From Octopus vulgaris (lineage: Eukaryota), in the NCBI GenBank assembly GCA_951406725.2, contig OX597843.1, positions 19,220,001 to 19,284,000 of the forward strand: a DNA stretch of 64,000 bases, given 5' to 3'. Positions 55,775 to 64,000 of the stretch are shown here, in pieces. Every line of letters starts with the position of its first letter. Positions within the stretch are counted from its first letter, which is position 1. The translations under genes and the position numbers were made by a program. The notes beneath the pieces are model-generated. The model made no database searches, had not been told where the DNA came from, and saw nothing but the letters and a program-made list of their open reading frames with translations.

Positions 55775-56670
55775 ATAAGAGTAAATAATTTCTATAAAGG
55801 CTTTTAAAAAAACCCCGATTATTTACTGATAATCCAGAAACATGATGTTCACAGATAACCGCCAGACTTCGTATTCGTTATCTATTCCTTCTGTTTTGCA
55901 TATGTGAATTACAGGGTCTGTCATGCCCGGAGTCCAACTTTGATAGAAATAAGCATTCTTGACTGCTATTTCTATTTTTTCGGTATGCGGTCAAGCAACC
56001 TGTTTTGCCTGTCCCTTTTTCTTATATACAATATATATACTGAACTTTACAGAAGTTCCTGCCGGTAATCGGCTATATTTACATACCGAATTCTACCAGT
56101 AAATAATCGGGGTTTTTTTTAAAGCCTTTATAGAAATTATTTACTCTTATTACTATATTACTATTTGGATTTTTCACTCCCTTTGACAACCTAATTGTTC
56201 CCCATCTTATGGAACTATTTTTGTAATGCGCATGGCAAAATTTTGGAGGGAAGATTTATGAATTCAAACGTCTATATAGGTTTAGCTTTTGCTCACTTTC
56301 TTCAAATATTTTGATGTCGCATGGTCAGAAGGTTTGAGGTACGTAGCATTTGATAAATCTATGATAAATCTTTTTCAATGGAAAGCTGTGCTGAAGAAGG
56401 ATGTGAAATATATATGCAAAGTATATGAAATATATATCAAAAATATATATGGAATATATATTCAATATGTTTATAATCCAGAAACATGATGTTCACAGAT
56501 AACCGCCAGACTTCGTATTCGTTATCTATTCCTTCTGTTTTGCATATGTGAATTACAGGGTCTGTCATGCCCGGAGTCCAACTTTGATAGAAATAAGCAT
56601 TCTTGACTGCTATTTCTATTTTTTCGGTATGCGGTCAAGCAACCTGTTTTGCCTGTCCCTTTTTCTTATA
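55771..56670 (+). mobile_element. Second locus of the hammerhead-bearing non-coding repeat (644-bp period, short inverted left end), inserted in (TA)n
   Basis: gaaacatgatgttcacag occurs at 55837 and 56481; 55771-55828 is an inverted copy of about 56097-56150. Confidence 0.82.
56386..56498 (+). ncRNA. Type I hammerhead ribozyme motif, family A
   Basis: CTGTG-CTGAAGA-AGGAT...ATCCA-GAAA-CATGATG-TT-CACAG; the 3' half is repeated at 55829-55854. Confidence 0.75.
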
Positions 56671-57414
56671 TATATATATATATATACATAATTATGTGTG
56701 TCTGTGAACCCTGATAATAATATTCAATTGTTTATATAGGTAATTCAAATCTCGAGCTCAGGACATTTATGTGCAAAATGTTTCAATACATCTAGCTGCA
56801 TTATCACAATGACTACATATTTTCAAACACTTTCAACGAATGCATATCAATATCATTATTCTAAGTATTTACCTTATCTACTTTAATCTATCGCCATCTG
56901 CAATACTAAATGATATTACTCTTGTTCGTCTTTACAACCTATTCTCTATTTGCTTCTATGTTTGATCTTCTAATTTATATTTTAATATTCTTCATATTTT
57001 CCTGTTGATATCAATCAGTATTTTGTAAAATAGGTCAAAAACTTTTATTTAGTTTCACTTATCAATTTTTTTCTTTCTCTTTCCTACATTTTAGTTTCTA
57101 GCTTATTAATGTTAAATATATGATTTTCCTTTTCTTAATATCTTACCAAATTTCCCTTCACTTCTCAGAAAACCATCTTATTAATTTCTATCAATTTTAT
57201 TCTTATCGTCTTCCATATTTTTTAAGATTCTTCTCTTTAGATAAGCACTTACATTTTTAATTTCTAATCTTTAATATTCTTCCTATTTCTCTTGTTGATA
57301 TCAATCCCTATATTCCCTAAACTTTATATCTAAGAACTTTTATTTAGATTCACTTCATTGTTATTTTTTCACTATATTTACGATCTCTTATTTTTTAGGT
57401 TATTAACAATGAAT

Positions 57415-57625
57415 GTATGTTTCAAGGGCCTACAACTATTTAATGTCTTGCCAAACCACCTGAGGGATCTTCATGGAGTAGGGGTAGGTGTCTTCAAGAA
57501 ACAGCTTGATTTCCTGCTATCAAAGGTCTCAGAGGAACCTGTATCATAGTAAAAAAATACAAAAGAGGGTATAGGTTTCGATCTCCGTCTTTCACCAAAA
57601 GTCAATCGTATAAGAATGGCCATGG
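57415..57625 (+). mobile_element. CR1-like LINE 3' fragment
   Basis: FKGLQLFNVLPNHLRDLHGV...FKKQLDFLL, matching the C-terminus at 28787-29050. Confidence 0.7.
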
Positions 57626-58455
57626 AAAAGGTTATTACATTGGCAACGCTCTAACATAGCCACAGCCTTTGGGCTGAAACATATAACAATATAAAGGAAC
57701 ATCTGTGTGTGTGTGTGTTTGTAAAATTGTATAAAAAACTAAAATAGCAAAACCTTCAACAAATAGCAAATTATCCAGAGATGTGTGGCATAGTAATACA
57801 GGTACCAAAGATGTCAGGCAAGTAGAAAGGAGCATTTGAGGAACAGAACTGGAAGCAAAAGGAGAACTAATATCAAGTAGAGAGATAGTTGAGAAGCCAC
57901 TTTTGGATTGAGGATGTCAGCTAGAATGCAAGTCCGAGTCAGTGATGCAGCAGTTCCTTTCGAAGTCATTCCAAGAATTTTAGATACAGTTAAAGTTACA
58001 ATTTATACATGAAAGAATAAGTTGAGAATGTTACGGATGTATGTAATATTATAATTTCTGGGAAGGAACTTTACAAATTGCTGCTGCCATAACAAACTCT
58101 AGGATTTTTCTTCTTGTTCTTTCAGAGCTGAAATAATATTTTCTTTAGAGAAAAATTGATTGATCTCTCCTTAATCAGTATTAATAGAGGTCATTGAATC
58201 ACACTGGATCAATCTGAAGAACTGCTGGCCCTCGAAGATTATCTCCAAAACAAAAATAATCTGTTTTGACAAAATATCAGCAAAACCATTTTTATGATTA
58301 AAAAATAAAGAGGATTCCTGGAGAAAATGAGGCAAAGATGTTGCTGGTTACTACTGTCATGTTGTCATCATGTCACACTGCCACTGCTATGGCATATTTT
58401 GGAAGAAATTTAGAAAGAAAACGGATATGAAGATTTTATTTAATTCTTAACTTAC

Positions 58456-58607
58456 CTCCTCACAGCATAATGTAATGCTGAATTTTTATTGTTGTCTTCT
58501 TTGTTCACCTCAGCTCCAAATTCTAATAACTTGTTTATTAAGCTTGTACTGCCCAAACGACATGCGACCATTAACCTTGTCAGACCCCACGGATCTGTTT
58601 CGTTGAT
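58456..58607 (-). CDS. 152-nt exon of the ankyrin-repeat gene; first exon visible in the window
   Basis: TCTTCAG acceptor (58608-58609) and GTAAGT donor (58455); phase 0 to 2; INETDPWGLTRLMVACRLG...GAEVNKEDNNKNSALHYAVR. Confidence 0.9.
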
Positions 58608-59175
58608 CTGAAGAGAAAAAAAGTGAAGACATGTGAAATATATTAGAGGAAAGAGAGTGTGAGAGAGAGAGAGAGGTGGAGAGAGAGAAAAGGTCAAAGA
58701 AGATGCATGGGTGAGAAACGAGGGATACGAAAGAGAAAAAATGGGAAAGAAAGGGACACACATAATTTTTACTTCTGCTTTTCATACTGGCATAGGTCAG
58801 ATGTCTTCGTAGCTTCAGTTGTTTTGATTTATTGTTGTTCTAGATGCCTGCGAGGACCACTCACACAAACACATTTTTGCAAAATATAAAGCAACAATAT
58901 TTAAAGAAAGATATTTTTTAAGTAAAATCATTTTTATAAAATATTGAAAATTATTGAAAAGCTTTGGAGAAGCATTACAAAAGAGAGAAATAGAAAGAAG
59001 CGGAGAGAAGAGAGGCAATTACTAAAGAAACTTGTTTAAATTTCGTTTGTATTTGATGTAATCAAGAAATTGATAGAATAGTTTGTTGGTATTAAGCATT
59101 GATAGTTTAGTAAAGAGGTGGACAGAACAATATTTAGGGGAATCATACAAATCTACATATTCATGGTAGATGTAG

Positions 59176-61551
59176 CATGGCTTGGCTTCGCGAACGAAGA
59201 TCAGGAAGGCTGTCCACGTCGCGTGCATTCACGCTCATGACTGACAAGTCCGATATGGGAAAGGCAGGTCCGTGAGCAGTGTCCACAGACGAAGGTAACA
59301 TCCGGTGTGGTGTGAGAGGCGACTCGCGCCTTCGTCTCTTGTTTTTAAGTGTGCCACTTCTTTGTTCCTCAAACTTGCTGACTGTGTTGAAGATCATGTG
59401 GCGCCAGACATCACGGTCCGCAGACAGGTCTGACCAGCATTGGTGGTTAATACGATATGCTGTTAGCGCTTCCTCGGAGCTCCTCTCACTCGGTGGCTGG
59501 TGGAGAGATTGCTAAACAGGGCAATCTTTGGAAGGCGATGGTTCTCCATTCTGGAGACATGCCCTGCCCATCGGAGGTGGGACTTCAGTAGCGTGTCTTC
59601 AATGTTGGGGATCTCGTCCCGCTCCAAGACTTCAACGTTTGTGACGAAGTCACTCCAGTGAATGCTGAGGATGGTGCGGAGACATCGCTGGTGGAAGCGC
59701 TCAAGGAGACGGATGTGACTGTGGTAAGTGATCCAGGTCTCTGAGCCGTAGAGAAGAGTGGTGAGAACCACGGCCCTGTACACACTGATCTTTGTTTTGT
59801 TCTTCAGGCCACCATTGTGCCAAACACGTTTGTACAATCTGCCAAAGAAAGTCTATTGTTAATTTCCTTGTCAATATTTGTATCGGTTGGGATGATGCAG
59901 CCCAGGTATGTAAACTGCTGTGTTGATTTCAGTTCGGTACCGCAGATAGTATTCTTCTTGGTATTCCTCTTGGGGTGTAGGTTGGTGAAACACCTCCGCC
60001 TTCTTGAGGCTGGCCTCCAGGCCAAAGAGCTGCGAGGCATCAGCAAAGCAGGACGTGATGCGCTGCAGAGCTTGCTCTGTGTGGGTCTTGGTGTGGGCTT
60101 GGAGGCGCCGTAGATTGAAGAGACTGCCATCCAGACGATACCTAACATACACCCCATCCTCATCCACCATATCTTCAGTTGCATGCTTGATCATCATGTT
60201 GAAGAAGATGCTGAAGAGAGTTGGTGCCAGGACACAACCCTGCTTCACGCCATTGGAAATGGGGAAGGGCTCCGACAGGTCAGCATTGAGTCTGATCTGA
60301 CCATGCTAATTCTCGTGCAGCTGGATCACCATCAGTAGAAACTTGGGACATCCAAGTCGTTCCAGAATGAGCCATAGTCCTGTCCTGCTCACTGTGATAA
60401 ATGCTTTTGTAAGGTCGACGAAAGTAGCATAGAGTTCACTGTTTTGTTCTCGGCACTTCTCCTGGAGTTGGCGTAGGACGAACACCATATCCGTTGTGCC
60501 TCTGTTGGCTCTGAAGCCACAATGGCTCTCGGGGAGGTTTTCTTCAGCGATGGTTGCTACTAGCCTATTGAGCAGGATCCTGGCAAGTACTTTGCCGGCG
60601 ATAGAGAGTAGGGTGATTCCCCGGTAGTCGGAGCAGTCAGACTTTTCACCCTTGTTCTTGTACAGGATTATTATGACAGCGTCACGAAGATCCTGTGGCA
60701 GCTTGCTCTGCTCCCAGCAGCAGACAAGAATACCATGGAGCTTGTCATGGAGCAACGGACCTCCATTCTTCCAGATTTCTGGTGGGATGCCATCAACCCC
60801 TGCTGCTTTGCGACTCTTGAGTGGTCCTATGGCTTCAATCGTTTCTTCGAGGGTGGGTGGTTTGTTGAGCTCCTCTTTGTGTGGAAGTTGAGGAATGCGA
60901 AGGGTGGCAGTGTCCTGTACGGTACGGTTAGCACTGAAGAGGCTTTGGAAGTGCTCGGACCAGTGAGCGAGGATGGAGGTGTTATCGGTGAGGAGGTCCA
61001 GTCCATCTGAACTGCATAGGGGACTCTGGACCAGGTGGGCGGGGCCATACACTGCTTTCAGAGCCTCATAGAAGCCTCTATAGTCTGCAAGGTCAGCGCA
61101 TAGCTGGGTTCTCCGCGCCAGGTGGTCCCACCACTCGTTCTGCATTTCTCTGAGTTTTCACTGCAGGGTGCTTCATGCGTGTCGAAAGGTAGTTTTCTTC
61201 ACAAGACAGGTTGGTTGTGCGAGGTGGGCCTGATGAGCTGCCCTCTTCCTTGCTAGTAATTCCTGGATCTCCTTGTCATTTCCATCGAACCAGTCCTTGT
61301 TTTTTTTTCTTTGTGTGCCCAAGAACTTCCGTAGATGTCTTAAGGATGGCTGATTTCAGGTTCTCCCACAAGGTGTCTGGGGTGATGTAATCAGTGCAGG
61401 GGGATTCGTCTAGTCTTTGCTGCAGGTTTGCTTGGAACTTGATTTCCACTTCCTCCCGGCACAAGCTGTCGACATTGAGTTTCTTTATGGGGTTACCTTT
61501 CTTCTTGGGTTTGGATTTGAACTGCAGTTGGAGCTTACATGTACACAATAC

Positions 61552-61586
<35 letters not shown>

Positions 61587-62700
61587 CACACACATAAACA
61601 GTGCTGACTCAACACCACGAAATTTGACTGGGGATGCATCCAAGTTGTTTTCAGACGGTCTTTCTGGTGGAAGATTGTGTTGGTAATAGCAGGTTGGTGC
61701 TCTGTGGCGAACTCGAGCAGGAGGTTCCTGTTGTCATTACAGTCATCAATTCCGTGTCTTTCAAGGACTCCTTTCCAAGCCTCAGACTCCCTCCCAACTA
61801 TTGCGTTGAAGTCGCCAAGGATCAGGACCTTGTCGTTTGTAGGGGTGTTGTTCAAGAGTCTGCGCAGATCAGAATAGAATCTGTCTTTGTCTGCGGGATC
61901 TGCCATTAGAGTTGGAGCATAAACACTGAAGAGAGTGAGATGTTGTTTGCTCTCCAGTGGTAGGCGCATGGATATGATGTGGTCCGAGTGGCCCGTGGGT
62001 AACGTTTCCAGTTTGGAGGTGATGAATTCCTCACCATGAGTCCTACACCCAACACACGTTTTTCAGATGATGGTTTTCCGGACCAGCGCCGTGTTCTTTG
62101 ATGCTGCCCTCGTCAGTGAAGTGGACCTCGCTGAGAGCTGCTATGTCAATGAGAGAGTTCATGGGCTATGAGAGCCGAACGACGTTCCGGGTGGCTGCTG
62201 TCAACCTTGTCAAGCATGGTCCTGACATCCCAGCAGGCAACTTTCAACTCCTGCTTACTTTTCTTCGATTTTGTTTCCATATTTGTTCGACCGCTCTGAA
62301 GATGCCCGTTGACCGCGACTAGCCAACTGGGTATAGAGGAGACGAGTTTTGTTTAGGCGAACCTTTTCTACCGCCCCTTTCCATTTAAAGCAGGCAGTGC
62401 TCTTCCTAAATAGGGCTGCCTGGTCGCTCAGGATGCTGCCGAGTGGCATCGTGGCCTCCGGGTCGACAACCAGGCGACCAAAGTCCTGAGCCACCTACAT
62501 GTAGGATTAAGACTACGGCTTCCAGTGACATCTTCCACCTGCCGCTTTCGCCCCTTTCCCATTGCTGCAGGGCTTTTAGGATAGCTGGTCACAGAATGTG
62601 TACATGTCCTTTGGCCTGCACTAGGGAGTTTTTTAAGGTGAAGTGCAGTGCGCGCAAACTGGCCCCACCCTTTAAGCACGAGGTTCATCTGCCATGGCCT
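59176..62700 (-). mobile_element. Near full-length RTE-BovB-like LINE, disrupted
   Basis: CWDVRTML, ALSEVHF, SVYAPTL, LGDFNA, DWFDG, RGITLLSIAGK, GVKQGCVLAP, LRWAGHVSRM, plus 5' UTR. Confidence 0.93.
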
Positions 62701-63029
62701 AGCGAGCTGGGAGATGACAGCGAGATCTTGGGCCGTAGGTTTGAAGATAACTCCGACTTCAAACCGACCGTAGATGTAGAAGCGTTTCTTATTAAGCGTA
62801 AGATGTCTGTCTTAGTTAAAACTTTACTTTTTTCTGACTGAAGGAGGGAAGAGGGAAGAAAAGCAACTGACAAAATTCCGTAGTATATTACTGTTACTTT
62901 TGATATCAGCTGTGAAGGGAATGAGACAAGCTTTCAAGTGTGGGATGTGACAGGACACACACAGCTAAATAACAGATACCATTTAAACAAACCAAATGCA
63001 AAAGAAAGGAAACGACGGAGAAAGTAAGA

Positions 63030-63210
63030 AATTTTCTTTTCTACTCTAGGCACAAGGCCTGACATTTCGGGGGAGGGGTCCAGTCGATTAGATCAACCCC
63101 AGTACGCAACTGGTACTTAATTTATTAACCCCTGAAAGGATGAAAGGCAAAGTCAACCTCGGTGGAATCTGAACTCAGAACGTAAAGACAGAAGAAATGC
63201 TGCTAATCAG
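63030..63210 (-). mobile_element. tRNA-derived SINE with a Meta-SINE-like core
   Basis: Minus strand has a B-box-like GAGTTCAGATTCC followed by GACTTTGCCTTTCATCCTTTCAGGGG...AAATTAAGTACCAG. Confidence 0.7.
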
Positions 63211-64000
63211 TTAGAGGAGCTTTAATTAGGCAACAGCAGCATCGGGGCGTTCATTAGTTTGTAGCCATACAGTATGTAAGAATGTGTGAGTGGTTTATAC
63301 CCAACTGTATTACAGCTGAACTGACAAACAACACTACCGATTTCACCTGGAGGGAAGCACCTGCCATCACTAAAGGCCAGACGTTCACCCATCATTGAAA
63401 TAGATTGTGTAATGGTCATCAAGAAAGTAAAGGATGTTTTCCTGCATTTTACCATCTGTCAGCTCACTTCCCTCCCAAATTAAAGCCAAACATTCTGGTC
63501 TCTTACCAAGAATTAACTCCATAAATTTTGCAAAATCATTCTACCCATCACTCCATAACAATGATGACTATTCCAGCACTTCTTAAACATTTACAGCTAT
63601 GGCCCCTTTCCTTTTACTTACAATTTTTCAAAGACCTTTTCCCTGGTTATGATTCAGTGCCCCTTGTTTTAAATGTATATACACATATAATATCAGGTGA
63701 GAGTAATTTAGTTCTGGGTCCTAGCTTTGACATGGGTGAATATTTACCTCAGACCCACCACACAATAAGCGAACATTTGATGCATTTACTTTAGTTTCTG
63801 ATCTAACCTTTAGCACAAGGCTTCAGGTACATTCTTCGTGTTTCAAATATACATACCTCCACTGTTCCTTATGTCTCCAGTCTATATAAACGTTTTCAAC
63901 AGCCCCCACGCAGCAGTGGTACCACCCTCTAAAAGAAGCCCTACCGTATATTTCTGTAGACTATGTCTCAACTGCTGACAACCAGCCTGTCATTCTCACT

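Noticed and set aside
63220-63960. Possible LTR-retrotransposon pol relic or upstream host exon (also 5950-6450)
   Set aside because: No convincing motif, and no phase-compatible ankyrin exon with splice sites was found.

Overview
Eukaryotic, repeat-dense intronic DNA, most likely from an octopus or other coleoid cephalopod (inferred from the SINE, RTE and microsatellite landscape). One host gene is visible: five minus-strand exons (58456-58607, 47921-48077, 20709-21289, a 37-nt microexon at 12258-12294, and 2519-2731) that splice in frame into an ankyrin-repeat protein resembling the Mind bomb 2 ankyrin region. Both ends of the gene lie outside the window. The introns are filled with decayed mobile elements: RTE LINEs, a CR1-like LINE, an R4/Dong-like element, Penelope-like elements (PLEs, including Naiad-like and Neptune-like), two mariners, a hAT relic, a Helitron-like element, SINEs and long microsatellites. 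Most ORF-track entries are microsatellite artefacts. The most unusual signal is a set of nine type I hammerhead ribozyme motifs, from about seven unrelated sequence contexts, ranging from intact to decayed. Most have a greatly extended stem-loop II (about 59-101 nt) and sit in non-coding tandem or inverted PLE-type terminal repeats inserted in (TA)n. Also notable are a 2.4-kb inverted RTE pair bracketing one exon and a 49-bp templated insertion. All calls were made by eye; repeat boundaries are approximate.
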